A program made the position numbers and the translations under genes. This document shows positions 22,930 to 35,899 of a stretch of 64,000 nucleotides of DNA, piece after piece. Position 1 is the first letter of the stretch. Each line of letters starts with the position of its first letter. Source of the stretch: Neoechinorhynchus agilis (Eukaryota; Animalia; Acanthocephala); NCBI GenBank assembly GCA_051530055.1, contig CM121342.1:14957480-15021479 (forward strand), written 5' to 3'. Under the pieces are notes generated by a model that was not told where the DNA came from, did not search any database, and saw only the letters and a list, made by a program, of their open reading frames with translations.

Positions 22930-25128
22930 AGCCCATATTTAGAGCACAAGGATTCGGCCTTAAGATTGTCTCTTTTGTTGGTTGCACGCACTCTTCTGAC
23001 CGGAAATCAACTGATGAATTGCCTGGGCTAGGACTTGATGACGCCGCCAGTCTTCCTTTCGCTGCTGATCTCGTGCGTGTTCTTCCTAGGAACATTCTGA
23101 AACGGATCCCAAAGGGCGCACGATATCTAGTAACTAAAGGATTCACCACACTTCTGCTGGGCTGCTTCTAGTGAAATTCAGAGTCCTCTTAGACACGGCT
23201 CTTTGCTTTCCCCAGACTTGTACTTTCCGCTGGTGACAGTTCGGAGGAGTTCCTTACTGTGGTAATCAAAAGAGGCCTCGTTTCCTTTGAGAAAAGTTTC
23301 TCGAGCACTCGTCGTTTAGCAAAGGAGGATCCCAGACAACGTGCGAATGAGACTAAATGCCACCGAACATCTACGAAACCGCTTGGTGAGCGCGTATCGT
23401 CAAAACTCGCTGATGGAGATGTTCGGAAGCTGTCCGTATTTTGTCCCCCTCTGATACATTTGCAAGTCATTCGCCCTCTACACTTCAGGGTTTAAAGTTG
23501 AAGCATCCACAAAGTACAACCCAAACATAAATTCCTACATGTTCCGTCCCTCAAAGACACTCCACTTCGACAGTTGAACTGAGAATGGCCATATCAGACT
23601 TCGCCAATGGCTCTGGCCATGGCCTCGATGGGCTTCGTCCTCAGCACCTTAAGGATATGATATCGCTCTTAGTTGGAGATGCAGACCACTTTCTTGCTAC
23701 TCATCGTTGTCGACTAGCCGAAGAAAATTTACATCCGCGGGCAATTGAGTTATTTTTTGGTGCATCTTTGTGCGCTTTGAACAAAAAGACTGGTGGGATT
23801 TGTCCCATCGCCGTTGGCTCTGCTCTACGTCGGCTCGCAGGTAAAATAATTTGTAAGCATATTGCAGAAGGGATAGGGCAGCAACTTCGCCCTGTCCAAC
23901 TGGGATGCTGCACACCCTGCGGGTACGCCGTGTGTGATTTTGAAGTGCGACTTTACAAATGCCTTCAATTCCATTCACCGCACCGCTTTGTTTGAGGCAC
24001 TCAAAAGTCACGCGCCAAAAGCTTTTTCTTATTTTCTCAACGCATACGGGACTCCGACTCCTTCGCTGAGTACAGCAAGGAGACCCTCTCGGACCAATCG
24101 CATTCTCCCTAACATTAAATCCAATAGTGCGCTCTCTCCAGTCCAGCTTTAACGCTTAGTACCTGGATGACGCTACGCCCGGAGGTGGTCCCTCCGTAGT
24201 ACTGCGCAATCTGGAGGCACTGGTAAGGCAGACTGCGAGATTGGGCGTTATTTGAAGGGAGTCGGGATCTGTTAAAACGTATATTGGGACCCAAGTTCTG
24301 TTTAGCGAAAGAATTTCTAGTGGCTGTCCAGGAATGGTAGTGAATAAAGCAGTCTATCTAGGATAAACCTTTAGTCGCCCGAGCTCATAGTTCTCTAATT
24401 TCAGGCTCTCGCGACGAGGTCGACCGCGCTAGATTGCCGGCAGTCTCTACAAGAGAATCGGGAGCATGGTTAGAAGCCCTACCCATTGCATCCGTGGGAA
24501 CACTCCTCGTAGACGAAGCAGTTCGGATCGGAGTGCCCCTCAGTTTATTCCTACCGATTTGTGTCGAACATCGTTGCCGGTGTGGAATGATCGTGGATTC
24601 ACTGGGGAGACATGGTCTTGTTTGAAACAAATCAGGGGGTCGTTTCTCACGGCATGCTAAATTGAACGACGTAATTTCGCGTGCCCCCAAATACGGTGAA
24701 CGTCCCAAACCTTTTAGAGCCAAGCAACCTGTGCAGGCTAGATGTTCGTCGTCCGGATGGCGTCACCGTATTCCCGTGACGCGAAGGCAAATGTCTTCTC
24801 TTGGACGCCACGTGTGTAGACACGTCCGCGGCAAGCAACAGAAAGTTTGCGGTGCAGTCTCTAGGGGGAGCGGCTACTGCCGCGAAGGACCGAAAGGTGG
24901 CGAAATATAAAGAATTAAGTAGGTCTCACGTTTTTGTATCCTTCGGAGCGGAGACTCTTGGTGCGCTCGGTAGCTCGGCACTTAGATATACGAAGGAGTT
25001 ATCGAGTAGACTCCAGGCCAAGAAAGGAAATACAGGAGCTGGTGCCTTCCTGCGCCAAAACATTGGTCTCGCGATCCAAAGAGGAAACGCAGCGAGTGTG
25101 GTCGCGATCACTGAGGGGAGACCGATAG
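22930..25128 (+). mobile_element. CRE-clade non-LTR retrotransposon, degenerate
   Basis: KRIPKGARY; GLDGLRPQHLKDM; KKTGGICPIAVGSALRRL; WYLDD; RPDG..W..LLDATCVDT; abuts the LRR1 3' UTR. Confidence 0.9.
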
Positions 25129-25153
25129 AATTACACTTCTTTAGAAAAACAAT

Positions 25154-27166
25154 TCATTTTTCTAAGTACCATAATTTACTTTTCCGCCGTTTCAAATTAC
25201 CATATCGCGTGTTAAATATACTTTTAATATTTGTGTTGCTAACATAAAGATGAGTTAGTGTAGAACACTTCATCAAAGGACGAATATATAGATGTCGAAT
25301 CGGATTGTTTGAGATATTCAATAACCTGATGTTTTGTAGGTGAATAAAGGCGTTGTACGGCAGTTCGTAAAGTTCATTATAAGCAAGATTTAGGAAAATT
25401 AAATTATTGAGACTGAAAAACACGTCCAAGGCATTGATATTCTTCAACCGATTGTGAGCGAGATCGAGCATTTTCATTGAGTTGCAATTAATGAATGAAT
25501 ACGGAGTAATTTCCCAAATTTTATTAAATTGAAGGCAAAGAAATTGGAGGCGCGGAAACGAGGTAAAGTCCTCATTGTCAATAGTCGATATATCATTTTG
25601 ACTAATATCCAGGGAGATCCTCTCTTGCCCTTTGATGTATTTGTCAACGTACCGAATTCTTGTGAGGTTTTTCTTTGTAACCACAGTCGCTTTCGTCGAT
25701 TTCTTTTTATCACTGAATAGAACGTAGGTTTCTAGGGCTTCTCGAGTAGGAACTGGAATAAATTCTGAGAGGAGAACAAACTCCATGTAAGTGTAATTGA
25801 TCCACGCTTTATTCGGAAAGATAAATGTTAGAGGATTATCGCTCACAATTAAGTGCCAAAATAAGTTTGGAGGCAAGTCAATTATGTCCAAGTTTCGGGG
25901 TTGATTTGAGGACAGATTGAAATGATCATGAAATTCAACGTCACTAAATAAATTCGGAGGTAAACTCACAATGCCATTTTGAGAGATGGAGAAACGTCTT
26001 AGTAGAATGTTGTTCTTAAGGATGTTACCGTCTATGCTGGATAGCTTGTTTCCATCGAGAAACAAGTCGGTGAGGTACCTTAGCAAAGAAAATGCATTTT
26101 CGTGGATATACTCAATAATATTAAATGAGAGATTCAATCGTTCTAATCTTCTCCACGTTTGAAAATCTGATTTGTAAATAATCATGATTTGGTTTTGGGA
26201 TAATGACAAAGATTTCACCGAAGTGTCTGTTGCATTATTTCCAGTAGGAACTGACTCCAATCTTCCATCCAAAATGCCGATATGTGCAAGTCGTGAAATC
26301 CACTTTAAATTGCTCAGATTCAAATATAGAGTTGTTCCACCGCGTACTACAAATTCCCGTAAATTGCAAGAACTAAATTTTTCTTGGAAAACGTATTCTA
26401 ACTCGGCATCCCACGAAATTTCCAGTACTCTTAATTTTCTAAGTAGGCCAATACGTTTTAAATCATTTCTTTTCAATATATTACCATGGATTCGAATTTC
26501 ATTCCATTGTAGATTTTCCCAGAAGTCATTCTTCGGCAAAGTAAGGCTTTGAATATAGTTGTAAGAAAGATCAATGCGCCTTAATGTTTTCATATTTTCC
26601 ATTACAATAAGATTTCGATGGTCCAATTTGTTATGGGCAAGAATCAAAGATTGCAATCGCGGTAGATGTCTACTGAGAATCCCATTGATCGAGACCAAAG
26701 AGTTAAATGCCAAGTCAAGATTAGTTAAATAATAAAATCCTTCAAATGCGCCCTTTTCAATCTCGTCAAATCCAGCATTTAAAATCCTTAGACTTTTAGC
26801 GTGCTTAAATTTGCTTATAATTTGTTTCGTTAATTTCCGGTTCTGTCCAAAATTATTTTTGCACTGTATCTCAACATATTGAGCATCTTGATAGTTTTCG
26901 TCAACTGTATCCTTCATTTGTTGAAGGGGCACGCCGTTGATTATAATTGCAGGTTGAGGAAGGGGTATCCCCATATCTCGCCTGTCTTTAAACGGAAGTG
27001 AACAAAGTTCACCGAATGGATTTGTTGCATTATTAGGTAAACCAACAAATTTGACTATGGGAACGGAATCTAAATATCCACGGGAAAATCGGTATCCACT
27101 GGTTACTGTTGAAACAATCAATATGAATAGAAGGAAATGTATTGACGCTCTAGGATTTTTGAGCAT
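25154..27166 (-). CDS. Secreted leucine-rich-repeat protein, paralog 1 (670 aa, intronless)
   Basis: Hydrophobic N-terminal signal-like segment; many LxxLxLxxNxL repeats; no TM or TIR domain in the ORF. Confidence 0.85.
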   Translation of the reverse strand: MLKNPRASIHFLLFILIVSTVTSGYRFSRGYLDSVPIVKFVGLPNNATNPFGELCSLPFKDRRDMGIPLPQPAIIINGVPLQQMKDTVDENYQDAQYVEIQCKNNFGQNRKLTKQIISKFKHAKSLRILNAGFDEIEKGAFEGFYYLTNLDLAFNSLVSINGILSRHLPRLQSLILAHNKLDHRNLIVMENMKTLRRIDLSYNYIQSLTLPKNDFWENLQWNEIRIHGNILKRNDLKRIGLLRKLRVLEISWDAELEYVFQEKFSSCNLREFVVRGGTTLYLNLSNLKWISRLAHIGILDGRLESVPTGNNATDTSVKSLSLSQNQIMIIYKSDFQTWRRLERLNLSFNIIEYIHENAFSLLRYLTDLFLDGNKLSSIDGNILKNNILLRRFSISQNGIVSLPPNLFSDVEFHDHFNLSSNQPRNLDIIDLPPNLFWHLIVSDNPLTFIFPNKAWINYTYMEFVLLSEFIPVPTREALETYVLFSDKKKSTKATVVTKKNLTRIRYVDKYIKGQERISLDISQNDISTIDNEDFTSFPRLQFLCLQFNKIWEITPYSFINCNSMKMLDLAHNRLKNINALDVFFSLNNLIFLNLAYNELYELPYNAFIHLQNIRLLNISNNPIRHLYIRPLMKCSTLTHLYVSNTNIKSIFNTRYGNLKRRKSKLWYLEK

Positions 27167-27169
27167 TTA

Positions 27170-28600
27170 CGGATGTGATTCAGAAAATCTTCACACCCAC
27201 GAAATTTTCGGTATTAAAGACTGAAAGTGAGTCTATCCATCGTCATCGCATTCTTAGCTTTCACTGTAGAGATTGAAAGTAAAAAGTATTCGTTCAAAAG
27301 AGCTGCGAAGCACATACTTGAATAGGTTTAATCACGAATAGGGTTTTCAAACGCCAACACGTTTTCCTTTAGTATCGTGTCAAAGATTTACCCCATAAGC
27401 AATGAAGTGTAGCCATTATCACTGAGATACGTCTTAAACAATAACGATAAATGAGAATATTCGATATCTGTGCTGTGCGATCTTTTTGCTGGGTACTTGT
27501 TTTGTCTGTTCCACGTACTTGGCCGGGCAGTACTTGCAGTGGACCTCATATAGTACTTCATGCTTCTTATATTTTGGCTTATTTTTATAGATACCTGCAA
27601 GGTTGCAACCATTCTCCAGTATGCAAGATGATAGTCTTGTACAGGTTACGCAAATCGCGTCTATGGTTCGATTGAATTTCATTATATACAAATTTTATCC
27701 CTATATATTTGGGTTTGTCATTCTCAGTACTTGTCGTGATTCTTTTCTCGTGTCTACTTGCGATGTTCTTGGCTTTGCGGAAAGCCTTTCTTATCGCCGA
27801 TTCGGGATAGCCAATAGTTCTCAGAGCTTGAATAATTCAGCGCACTGTTGCTTGTCATAACTTGTGAGTTGAGCATATTTTATGGGCTTTCAGAAACAGG
27901 GATACAGCTGCGGATATTTTATATGACTACGGAGTATCGAAGGAAATCAGGCTAAGCTTAATTTCCTGAGCTTGCTTATTTCTCTATCATTTGTAAGGAA
28001 ATTCAGCGGCGACTAACAGTAACATCTCTGCTCGCTCTCTGCTGTTGTAACCCATTTGATATTGCTATGTCTCCATTGACACAGTTCATTTAACCACTTG
28101 ACATTTGTATTACTTTCGATGATGAAGAACGTATCGTCCGCATATCGCCAGTATTTCTTAAATCCAGGAAGCCAACTTTTTATATCTTTTTCTCGCTCTG
28201 GCATGAGCGGTTCAGCTAGGGTTGGAGCTAGAGGTAATCCCATGGCAACTCCATCGTGTTGCTCATAGAATTTATCTTAAAATTAGAAGACCATCTTTGT
28301 CGTACACCACAATAATGCCTGGATTCAATCTCCTAGAAATTTTGTGAGAGCTCATTCATACATTGACCAGCATATTAGTAGCTAAACTGATAGATTCTTG
28401 AATCGGGACATTTGTGAATGAAGACGCTACATCAGCTGCCGAATTTTATTGGCAAAAGTAGAACCATCTTTAATGTGATGTTCATAGTAACCCATGCTCA
28501 ATCTAAGCAAGCGATTGATGTTTTTTTATCATAGAGTGGGTTGCAGACATGTAGAATGCTATAATCAGACGGCAGGTGAATTCTTGTTTATGAACTTTTG
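27170..28600 (-). mobile_element. Penelope-like element (RT, GIY-YIG, tail), degenerate
   Basis: MGLPLAPTLAE..YWRYADDTF; VLYEVHCKYCPAKYVEQTK..IAQH; the tail runs into the LRR1 5' region. Confidence 0.8.
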
Positions 28601-28639
28601 GCAAACAACAACATTTCTTTGAACTTTTCTCTCATTTGA

Positions 28640-29040
28640 AAGGTAGTTCTTTTCAACTTTGTCGGCTCTCGTCTTTGTTCTTCTCCTTTAGGAGCGTCTT
28701 GAGATCTCCGCTCACACTGTCATTCCACCTCTTCTTGGGCATCCCTCTTCCCCTTTTCCCCTCAAGCTCGATTCTCCATGCGCTCTTCACTCAGACGTCT
28801 TCATCTGCTTGTGTCAACTGCAGGTACTATCGCATCCGCCTCTTAGCGATCGCCTCCTCGATCGGCTCGACAGCAAACAGCTTTCGCACTTCCTCATTGG
28901 GCACTCGATCCTTGCGTGCCAATCCTGCGGACCACCTCAGCATCCGCATTTCGTTAACGGCGAATCGTTGAACGTCTTCCTTCTTTGTAGCCCACGTCTC
29001 TGCTTCGTAGAGCATGGCGGGTCGCAATGGCTTTTTTACG
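28640..29040 (-). mobile_element. RTE-clade LINE 3' fragment
   Basis: LRPAMLYEAETWATKKEDVQRFAVNEMRMLRWSAG..DRVPNEEVRK..GKRGRG.PKKRW. Confidence 0.85.
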
Positions 29041-29169
29041 AAATCATTGAATAGTTTTTCCCGAGATTTAGTTGGAAGCTCTTTAAATTTACCATTACCA
29101 AGTAACATGAGAACAGGTCTTTATAAACACGTTTTATTTATGCAAAAAATGCAGGATTCACACACCTGT

Positions 29170-32100
29170 CAGCATCTATCTTTGCTAAACGGTGTATGGA
29201 TGTCGGATGTTGATGGCAAGGGAGGTGGGACTGGTTTTTGAAGGTGTAAAGGAGATGACAGATTAAGAGTCTTTCCTTGTTCTCCGGTTATTAAGGAAAG
29301 ATTGGGCTCGAGGGAAGAAAGATTTTTGGTAGAGGGTCGTAGGAGCGAGGGGGGATGAAAAAGGTTGGGGTTACGGGTGTTCACGAAGGAAGAGTATTTA
29401 GAGATGAAAGAAGAAAATTGTGGAAGGGGTTGAAGAAGACGGAGGGCGTTTTTGGAGAAAATGGAGCGGAGGTGGACGTCGGCTGCTCTCTTGTGGAAGG
29501 TCTCGAGGGAATGGAGAGCATTGACGGAAAGGGCGAGGAAAGTGGGGAAAACGTATGTAAGGATAGGAAGGATCGCAGAAAGATAAAAGTGGGCAAGGTG
29601 TTCAGGGGAAACGCCGAGACGCTGGAGGAGTTTGAGAACTTAAAGCCGATGATTTGCTTTTGAGAGGGTAAATAAAATGTGGGCATCCCATTTAAGGTTT
29701 TTTTTGGAAAGTCAGGCTTAGTATTCGGCGAGAAGAGGAGTGTTGGACGGGGAGAGGCGCGGGGATAAGATTGCGTTTGGAAATGTGGGGGACAAGCTCA
29801 AAAGATGTGGATAAATTTAGGGAGAAGTTTAGGATGTAGAGCCAGGAAATGAGATGGTTGATCTCGTCCATGGTTGCGGAGATGGAGAGAGAGGGAGATG
29901 CGATGCTAATGACTGTGAGGTCATCTGCATAGAGATAATATTTGGTAGAGGGAGCGAGGAGATGGAGGTCATTTAGAAAAATGTCAAACAGGAGAGGGGA
30001 AAGTACGGCGTTTTGGGGGACCCCTTTAAATATGGGCAGAGAGGAAGAAGATGAAGCTCCACATTGGATATATTGTTCGCGGTTGGAGAGGAAAGAGGAA
30101 ATCCAAGCAAGTTGCAAAGTTGGGAGGCCAAAAGAAGCACGTGATTGGAGGAGAAGGGAGTGATCGACCGACTCGAACGCCCTGGAAATATCCAGTTGCA
30201 CGAGACAGACGGTTGATGCTGGACTGGAATCTCAGCTGCGCACAAGCGTATCGTAAATGCAGAGGAGGGCGTCAGAACAAGAGTAATTGGGACGGAAAGC
30301 GAATTGGGAAGGGAGATGTTTTTGAGGAAGAAGGGAAGTAGGCGGGGTTTAAAACATTTTTCTAAGATTTTAGAGAAAGGTGAGAGGATAGAGATGGGAC
30401 GAAAGGATGTGGGGGAAATCGGCCTATCGTTTTTGGGTAGGGGGACGACACGGGCTTCCTTAAGACACGATGGGAAAGAGCCCAGTAGAAAGCTAAGGTT
30501 CGTTATGTGCGTTAAAAGGTCGATAAGTTCCGGGATGATGAGACGAATGGCCCAATTTGGGATAGTCGAATTAGGGAAAGAATGGCGGGGCAGGCTATTA
30601 AGGATCTCTAGGATTTCGAGAGGGGAAACTAAGGAAGGGCATGTATGAATGGGCGCGTCAAAAAGTGAGAAGGGAGGTTGGGAAAATGGATAGGAGGTTT
30701 GGGGAGAACAGAGGTTTTATTAATGGAGTTAAGGATTGAGAGGAGATCAGATTTGGGAGGAATGCGAAGGGGGTGGATCTACCAAGACCAGTTACATTTT
30801 TTATTTCACGCCACCAGTTCCGATTGGGAATGGACGAGAGACGAGGTGAGAGGAATAATTTGCGGACTATACGGATGCGTTTTGTCAGTGTGGAGTGGAG
30901 GGGTAAGCGGGATTGCCTGACCAGAAAGCTTTGGTGACCTGCATTTGAAGGGTTTTTAGAAAAGGCGAAAACCATCGAGGGTCGCGGTTCGAGATTCGTA
31001 TTGTTTTGCGAGGAAAGGAGGCCTTCATCGCGCGTGATAAGAGTTGACAAATACAGCAAAGGCGTGGGTATGATGATCACGCTTATCCCAGACAACGTAG
31101 GGGTCGGAAAAGGAACGTTTTTGAGGTGATGAGGGGGAGAGAATGATGGAACAATGGTCAGACGAGGCGATCGGGGGGAGTTTGGCAGTGCACGAGTATT
31201 GCCTGATGTTTGAGGAAATTTTATCAAGGCGGGAGGAGAAGCGTGTAGGGAAAGTAACGAGTTGGGAAAGAGAGCGAGGGCGGGATCGGCAGTTTGTTAA
31301 AATCGCCCAATATGATGAAGTGATCTGAGGAAGTGGAAAGTAGGTCAGTAAATAGGTGGTCTATTTGTAGAAGTGTGTTGGGGATGTTTGAGGAAGGAGG
31401 GCGATAAAGGCCAGCGATAGAGATCTTACGTTGACAATTGCGGAGGGGGAGATGAAGTTGGATGTGAAGCCATTCAATATCGTCGGAGATGAAAAGGTCG
31501 GGTGAAGAGCAATGGTAGGGGAGAGGGGCACGGATGAAGATCGATATGCCTCCCCCGTTTCGGAAGTCCCTTGTTAGGTAAAAAGCTTGAAAGTTTGGAA
31601 GGAAGGCAGATAATTTGCTATAGATTGAGAGTCATGTTTCCGTAATTACAAGGATGTCGGTGTTGCAAGAAGAGGCAACTATATGGAGCTTATCCAGTTT
31701 GAGGAGGAGGCTGCGGATGTTAGAATAAAAGATTGCTGGATAGGGATGTTTAGAAGGGACATGAGGGGTGGACACTGACGGAGAGGGTTGAAGCTGCGCA
31801 GAGAGAGAAGGGATGGGAGTTGACCGATGGGGTAGTTCGTAAGGGATTCGTGGGTGGACATTGCAGTAAGGGGTGATTTGAGTGTAGGGACAATAGGGGT
31901 GGGAACTGTGCACGCGGGATGAACTCGGGGGGAAGAGGATATTTGGAGTTGAAAAGGTGGCTTTATCGAGCTGAACTTCCTAGGAATGAGATTGGCCGAA
32001 CCATTTTCAACGAGGGACATTTGCTTCTCTACAATCCGACTCACAAATTCGGATTTGCTTTCTTCAGAATCCATACATATATATCGTCCAATTCCTCCAT

Positions 32101-32720
32101 GCAGTTTCCGTGAGCGTGATTTATATTTGAAATCTTTGCAGCATTAGTGTTGGGTTGTTCGGAATTAGATCTCTTAGGAGCTGATGAACTTGGTTCGTTG
32201 ATGACTGAGGAGATCAAGTCGGGCAGGTTAGCCAAGTTTCCAATGAGAGCACAGATCTTCCTCTCAAAAACCATAATAGCTTCTGTAAAACAGGCCTGCA
32301 TTAGAGACAGAAGCTTGTCGCACGTTTCCTCCAATCTCCGTTCCAGCAAATCCATAGTGACCAACTGAGAAGTAGGGATGGATGGTTTATGTATCGTATT
32401 TGTTTTTCGGGAAGCAGTGCCAATTGAAAAAGAGGCAGCTGATGATGATGTTGTGGAGGCAGGAACAAGACCATGGTTCATCAATCGGCTGTTCGTCGTA
32501 CAATTTTTTAGTCTTTTTTGGGCCCAAACCCAATGTTTGAAAATGTCCATTTATGGAGCTGAGGAGTAGGGTTCGAAACAGAATCAGAGAGCAACTGCTC
32601 TAGCAATGCTGAGGGAACCAGAATTCTTAGAGAGTTGGGTGGTCGCTGACCCATCACAGATCCACCTCCACGATCATCAAAAGGACCCTGGGGGTTCAGA
32701 AACCGTTTTTGAACTGCCAA
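29170..32720 (-). mobile_element. Near-full-length degenerate L2/CR1-group LINE (ORF1, APE, RT)
   Basis: IFYSNIRSLLLKLDKL..DILVITET; QLDISRAFESVDH..GVPQNAVLSPLLFDIFLNDL..YLYADDLT; coiled-coil-like ORF1 at 32041-32550. Confidence 0.85.
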
Positions 32721-33397
32721 CGCGAGTTTTCATAACCATTCTGTACATACAATGTGCGATAACGGTTTGAGTACTCTGAAAGTATTTTATTGATCGCGTT
32801 GACATTAACGAATTCAATTGCACAGTCATGTTTCCGAGTTTACGGTTATGACGAAATAAAAATTAATTTGATCGCTACTTATAATTTTGTCTAGTTTTTT
32901 AGTACTAAAGTGTGGCCCACAAGAATGAAAGATCATAATGTTTTGAATAAAAATACAAAGCGATCAAGCGAACTATAGCTCGACTACTGAAAGGATACTC
33001 GACGTAATAAACAACAATAAGCTAATTAATGCTCAATTTGTATCTTTATTTGTTTTTGTAGATGGCTGTGGTGCGGTGTCGTGTGCATGGTGACGACAGA
33101 ACCTCAATAAACGTCAAATATAATGAGATGTTCAGTGGCCTCTGATTGTACAGCCAATTGTAATGACGCAGAGAAAAAAGCGTGTTGACTTCTTTCGGGA
33201 CATCATACTGTTAGTGTGAGAGTGGTTGTATATCCTTTAATGTTACCCTGAAGATGAATTTGATTAAAATCCAAAATATTGGAGCAATAAAAGATTTCGC
33301 AGTGTGCACATTCTATTAAAGAATTGCGCTAAGAAAAATTACTGAGGAGGGTAAAAATATATTTAACAAACTGATCAAGAAATTAAAGTTACTGAAC

Positions 33398-35420
33398 GCA
33401 ATCACCGAGTTCACACGCGTAATCGTCCGCGGTTCCGTACCTCCTCCAGTCGCGCGTCTACTCTGCGGAGCCAAGCTGATCGCTTTCACAAAAAAAGGTG
33501 GAGGGGTTCGTCCCAATGCAGTTGGTTGTACCTCCCGTCGACTGGCATCCAAAGTCGCGTGTCAGTTCGCCACCGATCGATTGATCGATCAACTCTTGCC
33601 GGTTCACTTAGGAGTCGGAGTTCCTGCTGGAGCCGAGGCGGCCGTACACTCAGCACGAGTGTATATTTGGAATGGTATCAATAAGGGAACTGTTATGGTC
33701 AAGCTTGACATGGAGAACGCGTTAAATTCAATATGCCGCACCGCGATGACAGAGGTTGTCCACCAGCACATACCAGAAATCTACCAGCACGTGTCCTTGT
33801 GCTACGACCACTCCAGCATGCTGCTGTTCGGCGAATTCCAGGTCAAATCAGCAGAGGGCGTTCAACAAGGTAATCCTTTAGGTCCTCTGCTGTTCTCATT
33901 GACGATCAATCATCTTGCACACAGCTCTTCGTCAGAGTTGTCGATGTGGTACCTCGACGACTGTTGCATCGGAGGGAAAAACGACCAACTCATCGGCGAC
34001 ATCAAAAACATCTCCGAAATGGGTGCCGATATATAACTATTCTTGAGAACGGACAAATGCGAAATCATTTCGGACGACCAAGAGGATGCATCGAGACTGC
34101 TCACCGTACTGCCCATAGCAAAGACAACTGCAACCGACTCAGCTGACATTCTCGGGTCGCCAATCGGTAACCTGTCTAATCTGAAAACGTTCCTTTCAAA
34201 AGCCATCGATCAATTGCGGCTCACTGCCTCCAGGCTCTTGCACATCGCGCGACACGACGCTCTGTTCATATTATCACGATGTCTGTCGCTACCGAAGATT
34301 GCGTACCTTCTCAGGACTTCTCCATGCTTCAAGTCATTGCTCATCAGGGATTTCGACAACTGAGTTCGATCAACCTTGTCAGAAGTACTTAAACTACGAC
34401 TGTCCGACACAGCATGGAAACAGGTGATCCTTCCCATTCGATTCGGCGGTCTTAGCATCCAGAGTGCCACTGAAGTTGAAATTCTTGCCTTTTCGTCATC
34501 GATTTCGGTCTCTTCAGACCTGGTGCTGAGAATCATCCCACCACACACTCGACTAGAGTTACACCCACCACCTGAACTGATTGAAGCGCACGCTCAATGG
34601 ACGTCAGTGTTCGGGCAGGTCGTTCCAACGGAAACAAACTCTCAAAAACGTTGGACTGCCTTGCTCCACACTGCGTATTATCAGCAGCTTCTTAACTCAT
34701 GCTCATCTCCCAACGATAGAGCTCGTCTCCTGGCAGTCTCAGCTCCACACTCCAGCGACTTCTTAAAGGCTTTCCCAATCACATCTGTTGGCACGAGGCT
34801 GGATGATATGGCCATCACCGTCGCTGTGGGACTTCGGTTATGCATCGAATTCTCAGGCTCATATACGTGTCGGTGCGGTGAGACAGTGAACGGATCGGGA
34901 ACTCACGGCCTTGACTGCAAGCGTTCAACTGCTCGCCACGCACGGCACTCAGCAGTCAACCGCATAATCAGGGAAGCCCTCTCAACGGCCGGTTTTCCAG
35001 CTCGACTCGAACCAGTTGGACTCTCCCGGAACGACGGTAAACGCCCTGATGGAGCAACTCTCCTCCCATGGTGCTCCGGGAAAATACTTTTTTGGATTTT
35101 ACCTGCCCCAACACGCTCGCAGCATCCCACTTACGGGATGCCACCTCAAAGGCGGGAGCAGTCGCCAACTTCAGCGAGTAAAGGAAGCGGCAGAAGTACT
35201 CCTCGCTCGATGAGCATCAATATATTTTCATCCCGATTGCGGTGTCAACACTGGGATGTCTCGGAAAAGAAGCCAATTATTTCCTCTCACGACTGGGAGG
35301 GATGCTAAAACATGCCACCGGCGATATGCGATCCAGCAGCTTCCTGTTGCAGCGAATCAGCGCGGCGATCCAACGCGGCAATGCCGCGGCCATCAAGGAG
35401 GCTACCAAACAAACATAACA
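33398..35420 (+). mobile_element. CRE-clade element, 5'-truncated, closely similar to 50152-53030
   Basis: KKGGGVRP.AVG; GVQQGNPLGPLLF; WYLDD; CRCGETV..HGLDC..RH..EPVGLSRNDGKRPDG; contains stops. Confidence 0.92.
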
Positions 35421-35899
35421 TTTGAAGACAACAAATTGTAGCGTAAAAATGGAATGCTTACGATAATGTTCGATTAAATATAGTCATTAGAAATATAGAA
35501 AATTTAAAATTTCTAAATATTATTTGAAACCCTTTAGAAGTCGCCAAAATTGCATCGAAAAAACAAGTAGACAATTGATGTCGGACATCTACATGTCAAA
35601 AAAATGGTTACGCGTTTTTGTTACAACGGAAACAGCGTTCCGGTTAGAAATGATCAGATTAAGGATCGCGGAGGGATGATTATGGGTATTGATGAGGAGG
35701 TAGGTGGTTGGGGGTTAGTGTGATACGGAGTTTCTTGTAAATCCTGCCGTAATTACAGCTAAACATCAGTTAGGTGGTTGTAAGCTCCAAGGGAGTTTCG
35801 GCGAGAGTGAGTTTGCTGGATCTAACCTGGCAGATTTTTCGAAGAGAGGGATCATTGGTTCAAAACCCAAATATCCTAAATTACCACGATTACAAGATG

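Noticed and set aside
29355-31330. Many Gly/Arg/Glu-rich + strand ORFs
   Set aside because: Antisense shadows of the pyrimidine-rich LINE on the - strand.
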